From positions 1,568,001 to 1,632,000 of the forward strand of contig OZ242011.1 in NCBI GenBank assembly GCA_965204755.1: a DNA stretch of 64,000 nucleotides. Reading direction: 5' to 3'. Within the stretch, counting starts at the first letter, position 1. The number at the start of each line of letters is the position of its first letter. Below are positions 9,480 to 19,036 of the stretch, piece after piece. A program made the position numbers and the translations under genes. The notes below the pieces were generated by a model. The model did no database searches. It saw only the letters and a list, made by a program, of their open reading frames with translations, and was not told the origin of the DNA. This stretch comes from Candidatus Marinacidobacterium sp. (lineage in GTDB: Bacteria > Acidobacteriota > Vicinamibacteria > Marinacidobacterales > Marinacidobacteraceae).

Positions 9480-9724
9480 GTCCCGCACCGTGGGACTTCC
9501 CGTTCAGATCGAACGGGTTGCCGGGAGTCGTGTCGCCGGGGGCGAATTCGACGAGGATGCGGTCGTCGTCCGTAACGGAAATCGCGCCCGCCGACCGGAG
9601 GGCATCGGGAGCATCGGCGCCGCCTCCGAGCGCTAACGCCGCAACCAACGACGAGCAGGCGAAAGCCAGTCGCCCGCGGTGACTCGAAAGGCGAGCGGGG
9701 GTGGCGGCAGGAGGGTGGGCACAT
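9480..9724 (-). pseudogene. 5' remnant of a secreted protein gene (frameshifted, truncated)
   Basis: SD aaggag + ATG at 9724; a different frame gives LVAALALGGGADA...ISVTDDDRILVEFAPGDTTPGNPFDLNGKS, then breaks off near the repeat. Confidence 0.45.
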
Positions 9725-9866
9725 CGAGTCTCCTTACGGTTCTCGCCACGGCGGCATATTCACGGCGGAGTCGGACCGCCCGGTCCCCGAGGCGGGCGTC
9801 CCCCTCGTCCGGCGCTGTCGATCGGCTGGAACGGCGCTCCCGCCGTGGCTTGCGACGAATTCGGCC

Positions 9867-11288
9867 TCACCAGGTAGTCGGCAGCCGCCGCGGCAACAGC
9901 ACCGTCGGGCGAGTGGACTCGAAATGGATGATGGCGTCGAACCAGTCCGGCATCGACGCCGGCGCGAAGTAGAAGTCCTCCGCCGGCCGGTCCGTGCCGA
10001 AGCAGCAGCCGATGTGGCGGAACCGGCGCGGTTCGGCCAGCCACTCGCCTCCGGGCTCGTCCGCGGTTCCGCGCAGGTCCAGCAGGAACCGCGGAGCGGA
10101 CGCGCCGCCGAGATACTCCTCGAAGGAGTTCGGAAGCGGCGGATCGAGTTCGAGTTCCCTCAGCCCGGAAAGACCCCGGGTCAGGCTGACCGCGGTGAAA
10201 CGGCCGCGTTCGTGGCTGAACCCGATGACCACCATGTCGTCGCCGAAGACCTCTCGCAGGTAGTGCCCCTGGGCCTCCGGCTGCGTCGAAACATGGAAGT
10301 TGTGCGCCCAGAGCACCATCCGACTCTCCGGCCCGATCCGCTCAGTGAGCCAGATCGTGTTGTCCGCCATGGATTCGTCCCGGAACTGTTCGCCGGTCGT
10401 CTGCCAGTGGTACTGGAGGGCGACGCGCATGCTCTGCCGGGCGATCGCGTAGGTGTCGGCGCCCCCCGCGATTTCGTACCGCTCCCGGTTCGCCTCCAAG
10501 ACTCCGCGCACCCCTTCGAGCGCCGCGCCGCACTCCGCGAGGTAGGCGTCCGTCTGGTTCCGATACCGGTCCGCCGGACGACTCCCGTCGGGTCCCTGGG
10601 CGAAACGATCGAGACAGTCGAGTTCGGCGGTTACGGCGGACAGCCGCGCCGGATCCACGAACCGGATGAACTCGCGCACGATGTGGAGAGGCATTCCCGG
10701 ATGGTTCATGTCCACTCCATGGAACCCGATGTCCCCGCCGGCTTCATTGTGCTCCCGCATCCATTCGATCATTTCGAGAACCGACTCCGTGTTCCAGGTC
10801 CAGTAGTAGAGCCCGGCCAACAGGACTGCGGAGTTGCCCTCCCCGGTGCGCACATAGCGGTCGATCCGCATCGCCTCCGGCCAGGAAGCCTCGATGGCGA
10901 AGGTGTCGAAGCCCATCTCTTCGACCAGGAACCGGAGGATGCGCGCCTTCATCTCGAAGAAATCCCGCGTGCCGTGCGTGTTCTCGCCGAGGGCCACGAT
11001 CCGGGCGTCGCCCACCAGGTCGCGCAGGAACTCGATATCCGTGTGCGGCAGCGACAGATGGGAGCCGTCGAACGGTTGGACATTGGCGTCGAGCCAGGCA
11101 GCCACTTCTTCGGGAACGGCGGCCGGCATCGGTGCTGTCGGTTCCTCCGTAGGCGGCGGGGTTGCCGGGGGCGGCGCCGCCGGGGTCGCCGGCGGCGTCG
11201 AGTCCTCTCCGCAACCCGAACCGAGGACGATGGCCGTGACCAGCGCGGCGGCGGGCCCGAGTCGCCGGGTGAATTGCCATGGCCTCAT
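9867..11288 (-). CDS. Erythromycin esterase family lipoprotein (copy 1)
   Basis: Lipobox LGSGC; ALGENTHGTRDFF, FAIEASW, LWAHNFH, FDAIIHF; SD gaggag. Confidence 0.9.
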   Translation of the reverse strand: MRPWQFTRRLGPAAALVTAIVLGSGCGEDSTPPATPAAPPPATPPPTEEPTAPMPAAVPEEVAAWLDANVQPFDGSHLSLPHTDIEFLRDLVGDARIVALGENTHGTRDFFEMKARILRFLVEEMGFDTFAIEASWPEAMRIDRYVRTGEGNSAVLLAGLYYWTWNTESVLEMIEWMREHNEAGGDIGFHGVDMNHPGMPLHIVREFIRFVDPARLSAVTAELDCLDRFAQGPDGSRPADRYRNQTDAYLAECGAALEGVRGVLEANRERYEIAGGADTYAIARQSMRVALQYHWQTTGEQFRDESMADNTIWLTERIGPESRMVLWAHNFHVSTQPEAQGHYLREVFGDDMVVIGFSHERGRFTAVSLTRGLSGLRELELDPPLPNSFEEYLGGASAPRFLLDLRGTADEPGGEWLAEPRRFRHIGCCFGTDRPAEDFYFAPASMPDWFDAIIHFESTRPTVLLPRRLPTTW

Positions 11289-11308
11289 GAGGTCTCCTCG
11301 ACGAACTG

Positions 11309-12757
11309 TCAGAAGGGAAGGATGACGGTCGGCCGGGTCGTTTCGAAGTGGACGATCACATCGAACCATTCTGCGAGCGGAGTGTCTTCCCAGAAATGAT
11401 CGGGGTGGTCCGGGTCGTAGCAGCAGCCGATGTGGCGGAAGGGGCGGGTCTCCGAGAGCCAGGAAGTCGCTGCGGAGTTCTCGTCGCGATTCCGAAGGTC
11501 GAGCATGAACCGGGGTGCGGACGCCCCTGACAGGTAGTGTTCGATCGAAGACTCGAGGGGAGTGTCGAGGTCGAAGGCAAGCAACTGTCCCGGATCGTGG
11601 AAGTGTTCGGAACCGACGAAGCGCGTGAACCAGCGGATCGCCGAGAATCGGCCCCTCTCGTGTGAGAAGCCGATGATCAACATGGCGTCCCCGAAGGTCT
11701 GGCGCAGGTGGAAACCTTGGGCCCCCGGCTGTGTGGAGATGTGGTAGTTGTGCGCCCAGAGAGCCATGCGGCCTTCCGGCCCGATCCTTCGGCTGATCCA
11801 CTCGACATTCTCGGCCATGAACTCGTCGCGTCTGGCCGATCGCTCATCTGGATCTTCGAAGTTGTCCCTGAGGTGGTACTGGTAGGCGACGCGAAGGCTC
11901 TGGAGCGCCACCTCGAAGGCGTCGGCGCCGCCGGCCGCCTCGTACCGGGTTCGGTTCTGCAAGAGCCAGTCGCGAACGCTGTCGAGGGAGGCGCCGCAGA
12001 GGTCCCGGTATGCCGCCGTCTGGTCTCCGTAATCCAGATTCGGGAAAATGCCGGAGTCGTTGTTCGCGAACACGGAGAGGCAACGGATCTGCTCCGAGAC
12101 GCGATCCGTATTCTCCGGATCCACTCGGCGCATGTAGTCGCGGACATTGCGGAGCGCCAGTCCCGGAAATTGCATATCGAATCCATGGAAGCCGATGTCT
12201 CCGCCGGCCTCGTTGTGGGCCCGCATCCACTCGATCATCTCCAGTACGGATTCCGTGTTCCAAGTCCAAAAATGGAGGTCGGCGAGCAGTCGCGCCGGAT
12301 CGCCTTCACCGGTGCGCACATAGCGGTCGAGCAGCCGGGCCTCCGGCCAGGTGGCTTCGATGGCGAAGGTGTCGAAACCCAACTCCTCGACCAGGAACCG
12401 GAGGATCCGCGCCTTCATTTCGAAGAAGTCGCGTGTGCCATGGGTTCCCTCCCCGAGGGACACGATCCGCGCATCGCCGACCAGTTCAGGCAGGAACTGC
12501 AGGTCGTCCGACGGCAGCGACAGATGCGAGCCATCGAAGGGGTGGACATTGGCGTCGAGCCAAGCCGCCACTTCGTCGGGGACGGGCCCGGGCTCCGGCG
12601 CATCCGGCGACGAGGTGCTCGGGGGCGGGGCGGGTGGACTGACCGGTGCAGCGGGACTTGCCGGCGCGGTCGCGTCCTGTCCGCACCCCGGCATTACGGT
12701 CAGCGCCCCGAACAGCGCGCTTTTCGCGCATACTCGCAACGAAAGAAACATCGCCAT
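11309..12757 (-). CDS. Erythromycin esterase family lipoprotein (copy 2)
   Basis: Lipobox-like VMPGC; SLGEGTHGT, FAIEATW, LWAHNYH; SD caggag. Confidence 0.9.
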   Translation of the reverse strand: MAMFLSLRVCAKSALFGALTVMPGCGQDATAPASPAAPVSPPAPPPSTSSPDAPEPGPVPDEVAAWLDANVHPFDGSHLSLPSDDLQFLPELVGDARIVSLGEGTHGTRDFFEMKARILRFLVEELGFDTFAIEATWPEARLLDRYVRTGEGDPARLLADLHFWTWNTESVLEMIEWMRAHNEAGGDIGFHGFDMQFPGLALRNVRDYMRRVDPENTDRVSEQIRCLSVFANNDSGIFPNLDYGDQTAAYRDLCGASLDSVRDWLLQNRTRYEAAGGADAFEVALQSLRVAYQYHLRDNFEDPDERSARRDEFMAENVEWISRRIGPEGRMALWAHNYHISTQPGAQGFHLRQTFGDAMLIIGFSHERGRFSAIRWFTRFVGSEHFHDPGQLLAFDLDTPLESSIEHYLSGASAPRFMLDLRNRDENSAATSWLSETRPFRHIGCCYDPDHPDHFWEDTPLAEWFDVIVHFETTRPTVILPF

Positions 12758-12929
12758 GCCCTCCTGCGTGCCGGCCGCGCCCCCGCCGGCGTGGCGGGGC
12801 GCGGTCTCGGATGTTGCCAAAGTGGGATGATCTCTTGCAAATGTCCGCCGAGACGGCTTGGGGCGGAGACCGACAGGCCCGGTTCGCCGGGTCGGGGGCC
12901 GGCCGACGGCGTCTACGCGGAGCGCGGGG

Positions 12930-14372
12930 TCAGAACTCGGCGGGCGGAAGCCAAGGCAACGGCACGGTCGGCCTCGTCGAGTCGAAGTGGACGACGGCGT
13001 CGTACTGCCGGGCGAGCGCCGTGCGCGACCAGAAATCTTCCGCCCTCGTCGGATCGAAAGCGTAAAAGATCGCGCGGAACGGGCGGGACTCGAAGAGCCA
13101 GCCGGACCCGGAGGCGTCCGGATCCGAGCCCCGCAGATCGAGGACGAACCGGGGCTCGGTCGCCGACTCGAAGTACGCCTCGAAGGCTCCCTCGACCGGC
13201 GGGTCGAGTTCGAGTTCGCCGTATCTGACATAGGAGGAACCCTCCAGTTCCGATCCCGCGAATCTGCCGCTCGCGTGACTGAACGCGACCGCGACCAACT
13301 CGCTGCCCGACGTGAACGGCCGGGAGAAGACGCTCCCGGCGCCGTGAGCCGAGATGTCCCAGTTGTGCGCCCAGACGACTGCCCGGCTTTCCGGGGCCAT
13401 CCGCTCGACGAGCCAGTCCAGGTTCTCCGCGATGGACTCGTCTCGTGTCTGCTCCCGCACCACCCAGAGGTGGTACTGGAATGCGACGCGATGGCTCCTC
13501 AGAGCGAGGGCGAACGCGTCCTCCCCGGCAGCGGCTTCGTACTCTTGCCGTTTCGAGACCAAGAGGGATCCTGCCTCTTCGAGCGATTCTCCGCAGTCGC
13601 TCCGGTAGATGTCCGTCTGGTCGCCGTAGTCCTCCTCCGGAAACCGTCCTCGGGGGTCGTTGGCGAAGCGCGAGAGACACTCCAGCCGCTCCGCCACGGC
13701 CGGCAGGTCGTCCGGGGCCGCCTCGCGGATGTACTCCCGCAGATCGTGGAGCGCCATTCCCGGATGCGCCATGTCTAGGCCGTGGAATCCGACGCGCCCG
13801 CCGTTCTCGTGGCGTCCGCGCATCCATTCGATCATTTCGAAGAACGCGTTCGTGCCTGGATTCCCGAGATACAGGCCGGAGAGAAGCCTCACCGGGTCGC
13901 GTTCTCCGGTTCGCAGATAGTGGTCGAGGCGGCGCGCCGCCGACCAGTGCGCATCCGTGACGAAGGTGTCGAAGCCCATCTCCTCGACCAGGAAGCGAAC
14001 TATTCGCGCCTTCATCTCGACGAACTCCTGGGTGCCGTAGGTGTTCTCGCCGAGGGCCACGAACCGGGCTTCGCCCACCAAGTCTCGGAGAAAGGCCAAG
14101 TCGTCGTTGGGTCGCGAGAGGTCGGTCGCGCCAATGGCGGTGACATTCGCATCGAGCCAGGCGCGTACTCCCGCCGGAACGGAAGGCGGCGCCGGCGAAG
14201 GACTCGACGGCGAGAGGGCCGGCGAGGCGGGCCCGGTCGCGTCCTGCCCGCAGTGCACGGCGAGGAGGCATACCGCGGCCGCGCCGGCGGCTCTTCGCCG
14301 CAGGGCGCGGGTCACCGCGTCACGCTTACGCCTGCCTTCCGGCAGGGGAGACATGTGCGGGACAGCGCTCAT
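12930..14372 (-). CDS. Erythromycin esterase family lipoprotein (copy 3, catalytic motif altered)
   Basis: LAVHC; ALGENTYGT (H>Y), FVTDAHW (E>D), VWAHNWD. Confidence 0.85.
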   Translation of the reverse strand: MSAVPHMSPLPEGRRKRDAVTRALRRRAAGAAAVCLLAVHCGQDATGPASPALSPSSPSPAPPSVPAGVRAWLDANVTAIGATDLSRPNDDLAFLRDLVGEARFVALGENTYGTQEFVEMKARIVRFLVEEMGFDTFVTDAHWSAARRLDHYLRTGERDPVRLLSGLYLGNPGTNAFFEMIEWMRGRHENGGRVGFHGLDMAHPGMALHDLREYIREAAPDDLPAVAERLECLSRFANDPRGRFPEEDYGDQTDIYRSDCGESLEEAGSLLVSKRQEYEAAAGEDAFALALRSHRVAFQYHLWVVREQTRDESIAENLDWLVERMAPESRAVVWAHNWDISAHGAGSVFSRPFTSGSELVAVAFSHASGRFAGSELEGSSYVRYGELELDPPVEGAFEAYFESATEPRFVLDLRGSDPDASGSGWLFESRPFRAIFYAFDPTRAEDFWSRTALARQYDAVVHFDSTRPTVPLPWLPPAEF

Positions 14373-14376
14373 CGGA

Positions 14377-15834
14377 TCACCAAGTGGTCGGGAGCCTCGT
14401 CGGGATCAGGGTCGTGGCCCGGGTGGACTCGAAGTGGATGATGGCGTCGTACCACTTCGTGAGCGGGATCCGGTCCCAGTACCGTTCCGGCGCCTCTTCG
14501 GAGTAGCAGGCTCCGCTATGTCGGAACAGGCGATTCTCGAACAGCCAGTCACTTCCAGGCTCACCCGCCGGCCGACGCAGGTCGAGCGCGAATCGAGGGG
14601 CGGCGGCTTCCTCGAAATAGAGTTCGTAGGAGTCCGGCACCGGCTGGTCGAGAGTGAACACTTGGAGTTCACCGCATCTCGGCCGGTCGCGTTCATGGAT
14701 TCGGGCAGTGAGTTGCCCGCCCCCGTGGCTGAAGCCGATCACGACCATATCGTCGCCGAACGCCAACCGCTGGTAGTAACCCTGGTCTCCCGGCCGTGTC
14801 GAGATATGGAAGTTGTGCGCCCAGAGCACCATCTTCCCCTCTGACCCGATCCGCTCGCTGAGCCAGATCGTGTTCTCCGCCATGGATGCATCGCGCGATT
14901 GTTCCCGGGTGGCGCGCAAGTGGTACTGGTAGGCGACTCGAAGAGCGTGAAGAGCAGTATCGAAAGCCTCTACTCCTCCGGCGGACTCGTATCGCTCCCG
15001 GTTCCCCTCCAAGTGCTCCCGCACCGACTCGAGCGAGGCGCCGCACTCGGCCAGGGCGGCCGCCGGCTGTGAATCGTAGCGGGGAGCCGGAGTCCGTCCG
15101 TCCGGCCCGTTCGCAAAGCGCGAGAGACAGTCGAGGTCTTCCGTCACCATCGCCAGGTGCGCCAGGTCCGCAAACCGCACGAACTCCCGCACCAGGTGGA
15201 GCGGCATTCCCGCGTGCTGCATGTCCACGCCGTGGAACCCGACATCCCCGCCGGCCTCGTTGTGTTCGCGCATCCACTCGATCATCTCGAGCACCGACTC
15301 CGTCGCCCAGGTCCAGAAGTAGAGCCCCGACAGCGCCATCGCGGAGTCGCCTTCACCCGTCCGCACATAGTGGTCCAAGCGCCGCGCCTCCGCCCAGGCG
15401 GCCTCGATGGCGAAGGTGTTGAATCCCATCTCCTCGACCAGGAAGCGGAGAATGCGCGCCTTCATCTCGAAGAAGTCCCGCGCGCCGTGTGTGTTCTCGC
15501 CGAGCGCCACGACCCGTGCGTCCCCGACCAGGTCGCGCAGGAACTCCAGGTCGTCGTGCGGCAGCGAGAGGTGGGAGCCGTCGAACGGCTCCACATTCGC
15601 GTCGAGCCAGACGCGCGCCGCCTCGGGAACGGCGCCTTCGCCCGGTGTTTCGGCTGGCGGCGGAACGGCCGGAGACGAGGGCGACGGCGCCACGGGCGAA
15701 GGCGCGTCCTCGCCGCAACCCGGCGCCCAGGTCAGCACCGCGGCGAGCGCCGCGCCGGCTCGGCAGCAGGCGGTCAGGCGTCTCCGGCGTTCGAGGGTCG
15801 GGAAGTCTCCGTCCGGCCCTCCACCTTCGCTCAC
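14377..15834 (-). CDS. Erythromycin esterase family lipoprotein (copy 4)
   Basis: WAPGC; ALGENTHGA, FAIEAAW, LWAHNFH; start codon uncertain (GTG at 15834 chosen). Confidence 0.85.
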   Translation of the reverse strand: MSEGGGPDGDFPTLERRRRLTACCRAGAALAAVLTWAPGCGEDAPSPVAPSPSSPAVPPPAETPGEGAVPEAARVWLDANVEPFDGSHLSLPHDDLEFLRDLVGDARVVALGENTHGARDFFEMKARILRFLVEEMGFNTFAIEAAWAEARRLDHYVRTGEGDSAMALSGLYFWTWATESVLEMIEWMREHNEAGGDVGFHGVDMQHAGMPLHLVREFVRFADLAHLAMVTEDLDCLSRFANGPDGRTPAPRYDSQPAAALAECGASLESVREHLEGNRERYESAGGVEAFDTALHALRVAYQYHLRATREQSRDASMAENTIWLSERIGSEGKMVLWAHNFHISTRPGDQGYYQRLAFGDDMVVIGFSHGGGQLTARIHERDRPRCGELQVFTLDQPVPDSYELYFEEAAAPRFALDLRRPAGEPGSDWLFENRLFRHSGACYSEEAPERYWDRIPLTKWYDAIIHFESTRATTLIPTRLPTTW

Positions 15835-15923
15835 GGCGTCAACCGTTCCATTCGGCGCGTCCGCGGCGCGCGGCTCCGACAACGGGTCGCCGACGGGACG
15901 ACGAGACCGGCGGCCGGTGGTCC

Positions 15924-17318
15924 TCACCAAGTGGTCGGCGGCCGATGCGGCAGGAGGGTGGTGGGCCGGGTGGACTCGAAGTGGATGATCGCGTCGTACC
16001 AGTCCGGGAGCGGCGTGTTCGGAGTGTAGAAGTCCTCCGGCTGCGCCGGATTGAAGCAGCAGCCGATGCTGCGGAACCGGCGCGGCTCCGTCAGCCAAGC
16101 GCTCCCGGACTCGCCCGGAGGCCGGCGCAAATCGAGTACGAAACGGGGCGCGGAGGCGGTGGCGAATATCGCTTCGAAAGAACCTTCAACCGGAGCGGGC
16201 AGTTCGAACTCGTCGCGTCCGGTAAAGCGCACTCCCGGTTGCCCGAAGTTCCCTTCGAATCCGACGGCGGTGAAACTTCCGGTTTCGTGACTGAAGCCGA
16301 TCACGACCATGGCGTCCCCGAACACCTGTCGTTGGTAGTAGCCTTGGGCGCCCGGCTCGGTCGAGACATGGAAGTTGTGCGCCCACAGCACTATCCGGCC
16401 TTCCGGCCCGATCCGCTCGCTGAGCCAGACCGTGTTCTCCGCCATGGATTCGTCCCGCCCCTGTTCCCCGACCACTTGCAGGTGGTACTGGTACGCCACC
16501 CGAAGACTCCGGAGCGCGATTTCGAGGGCGTCGGCTCCTCCCGCGGTTTCGTATCTCTCGCGGTTCGCCGTCAACCGTTCGCGAACACTTTCCAAGGACG
16601 CTCCGCACTCCGCCAGGTAGGCGGCGGTCCGGTCGCGATAGCGAGGCGTCGGGAATCTGCCATTCGGCCCGTTGGCGGAGCGGGTGAGGCAGTCCAGATC
16701 GTCGGTCACGGAATCCGACATCGCCGGGTCGGCGGAGCGGAAGAACTCCCGCACCAGATGGAGCGCCATTCCGGGGAACTGCATGTCCACGCCGTGGAAC
16801 CCGACATCTCCGCCGCCTTCGTTGTGGTCGCGCATCCACTCGATCATCTCCAGCACCGACTCCGTCTTCCAGGTCCAGAAATAGAGACCGGCCAACAGCA
16901 CGGCGGGGTCGCCGACGCCCGTGCGCACATAGGTGTCCAGGCGGCGCGCTTCCGGCCAAGTCGCTTCGATGGCGAAGGTGTCGAAGTCCATCTCCTCGAC
17001 CAGGAAGCGGAGGATCCGCGCCTTCATCTCGAAGAAATCCCGAGTTCCGTGGGTGTTCTCTCCGAGCGCCACGATCCGGGCGTCCCCCACCAGGTCGCGC
17101 AGGAAGTCCAGGTCGTCGTGCGGCAGGGAGAGGTGGGAGCCGTCGAACGGCTCCACATTCGCGTCGAGCCAAGCGCCGTAGGCCGCCGGCGACGGAGGGG
17201 GCGGCGGCAGAGGGGTGGCCGGCGCGCGGGGTGTGGCCGCGTTCTCGCCGCACGCGAACGAGCCCAGCGCCGGAAGGAGAAACCACGCCACGATCATCGG
17301 CCGCATCGGGATTCGCAT
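15924..17318 (-). CDS. Erythromycin esterase family lipoprotein (copy 5)
   Basis: LGSFAC; ALGENTHGT, FAIEATW, LWAHNFH. Confidence 0.9.
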   Translation of the reverse strand: MRIPMRPMIVAWFLLPALGSFACGENAATPRAPATPLPPPPPSPAAYGAWLDANVEPFDGSHLSLPHDDLDFLRDLVGDARIVALGENTHGTRDFFEMKARILRFLVEEMDFDTFAIEATWPEARRLDTYVRTGVGDPAVLLAGLYFWTWKTESVLEMIEWMRDHNEGGGDVGFHGVDMQFPGMALHLVREFFRSADPAMSDSVTDDLDCLTRSANGPNGRFPTPRYRDRTAAYLAECGASLESVRERLTANRERYETAGGADALEIALRSLRVAYQYHLQVVGEQGRDESMAENTVWLSERIGPEGRIVLWAHNFHVSTEPGAQGYYQRQVFGDAMVVIGFSHETGSFTAVGFEGNFGQPGVRFTGRDEFELPAPVEGSFEAIFATASAPRFVLDLRRPPGESGSAWLTEPRRFRSIGCCFNPAQPEDFYTPNTPLPDWYDAIIHFESTRPTTLLPHRPPTTW

Positions 17319-17836
17319 TTGCTCGCGCTCCTCGGATCCCTCGGAGCCCTGCCGCTCGGGTACGGGCTGGATCCGGCTACCGACTGTAACACCCTGTCGT
17401 CGCCACGCGATCTTCGCGACGCGCGGCCGGTCGCCGAGCCCGCTCAACCCGCTCGCACGCCGTCCGCAGACGGCTCGGCGGAGCGCCACCGCCGCCTTCC
17501 GCCCGAGTCGAGACCGGCAGCGTCCGGTTCCTCCGGATGCTGTCCGGCCGACTCCCGCGACTCGCGTGCCGATCCCTTCCCGGTGCATCCCTGATCGCGA
17601 GATCCCGGAAGCCCGCCGCCCCCCATGAGCGGCGCCGTCCTTCTCGCTGCTCGGCGGCCGAGCCCACGAGCCCGGAACCGCGCCTTGGCAGTGACGGCCG
17701 GGTCGTCGTCGACGCCTCCGGCGGAGGTTCATCGTCCCCGACGCCCTGCCCACATAATCCGCCACGAACCGCCGGACGCGTAGAGTTCGAGTCCCTCCGC
17801 TACCAGATCAATCCGCCCGTCCGGCCACACCTGTTC

Positions 17837-19036
17837 ATGCTTTCTCCGGATTGTCCCGTCCGTCCGTTGCCGCAACGCTCCCTCGCTCGGGCGAGGCGGG
17901 CTTCGCATCACTTGCCCGAGTCCGCGCCGCGGGGAACTCGGCTTATCCAGCGTCACTCCTGGCGGGCGGCGTTGTTCGCCGGGGCCGGCCTGCTGTTCGG
18001 CAGTGCCGCCTCCGGCTACCGGTTCTTCCGTGCGTACGACGACGAGTCGCTCATTGTGAAGAGCCGAAACGCCATCCGTTGGGATGCCGCGTACTGGCCC
18101 GCCGGCGCCCTACTGGAGTGGGAATTGACCGACGACCCCGGCTGGACCGAGTCGTGGGTGGACCCCATCGACGGCGAAACGAAGCCGCCGCCCTTCAGTA
18201 GTCACTCCGCCGCCGTTCCCTTCGTTCGGGAGGCGATGGCGGCTTGGAGCCGGATCCCGACCGCCGACATCCGCTGGCGCCTTACCGGCGTCGCTTCCGG
18301 CCCGGGCCTCGAGTATGACGGCCGCAATGTCATCACCGTGGACGAAGACCTCTACTTGGGCGGCTGGGCAAAGAGGTGGTTGCGCCGCGCCGACTTCGGG
18401 CGCCCTTGGGAATTGGTCGAGTGCGACATCGAAATCGGCCCGGCGGCGGCCGCGCGGCTCGGCTCCGACGATCCGCGCAGTCTGGCCGTCACGATCCACG
18501 AGTTCGGCCATTGCCTCGGACTTGCCCACTCAAGCCGCCACCCGACCATCGTCCACACCTTCCGGGACATCGGGATTTGGGGCGAAACCCCGAAGATGTC
18601 CTACGGGCTGGACCTTTCGAACGCCTTAGCCCTCGACGACATCGTCGCCGCCTCGCTGCTGCGCCCCGCCGGCGGCTGGGAGCGACGGACCGGCGCGGTC
18701 ACCGGCCGGGTCACCGCCTCCGGCTCGCCGGCCCGCTTCGCCGCTGTCGGCAGCGTCCGCCTCTTGTCAGGGGGACAGACCGCGCCGGGCCCCGGCGTCT
18801 TCACCGACGAAGACGGCGAGTTCCGACTGGAGGGCCTGGTTCCCGGCGACTACCTGATTCGCGCCGGCCCCATGACTTTCGTGAACGCCCACCGGGATCT
18901 CATCGAGGCCGGCGCCACGCTCGACGCCCTCGATAGCGCCCGGCTGAGTCCGGTCACGGTGCGCGCCGGCCACGAAGCCCGCGGCGTCGGTCTCGCAATG
19001 CCGCTAGGCCGCCGGGGAAGCGACTTCGTCCGGTGA
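17837..19036 (+). CDS. Secreted matrixin (M10-like metzincin), second paralog
   Basis: HEFGHCLGLAHS, PKMSY Met-turn, FTDEDGEFRLEGLVPG; start codon uncertain. Confidence 0.82.
   Translation: MLSPDCPVRPLPQRSLARARRASHHLPESAPRGTRLIQRHSWRAALFAGAGLLFGSAASGYRFFRAYDDESLIVKSRNAIRWDAAYWPAGALLEWELTDDPGWTESWVDPIDGETKPPPFSSHSAAVPFVREAMAAWSRIPTADIRWRLTGVASGPGLEYDGRNVITVDEDLYLGGWAKRWLRRADFGRPWELVECDIEIGPAAAARLGSDDPRSLAVTIHEFGHCLGLAHSSRHPTIVHTFRDIGIWGETPKMSYGLDLSNALALDDIVAASLLRPAGGWERRTGAVTGRVTASGSPARFAAVGSVRLLSGGQTAPGPGVFTDEDGEFRLEGLVPGDYLIRAGPMTFVNAHRDLIEAGATLDALDSARLSPVTVRAGHEARGVGLAMPLGRRGSDFVR

Noticed and set aside
12804-12855. Imperfect palindrome between esterase copies 3 and 2 as a cassette recombination site
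   Set aside because: Not repeated in the other intergenic gaps of the array, some of which are only a few bp long.
17778-17806. tRNA 3'-like fragment (gttcgagtccctccgctacca) as an att site
   Set aside because: The T-stem does not pair properly, it matches neither tRNA in the window, and no integrase is present.
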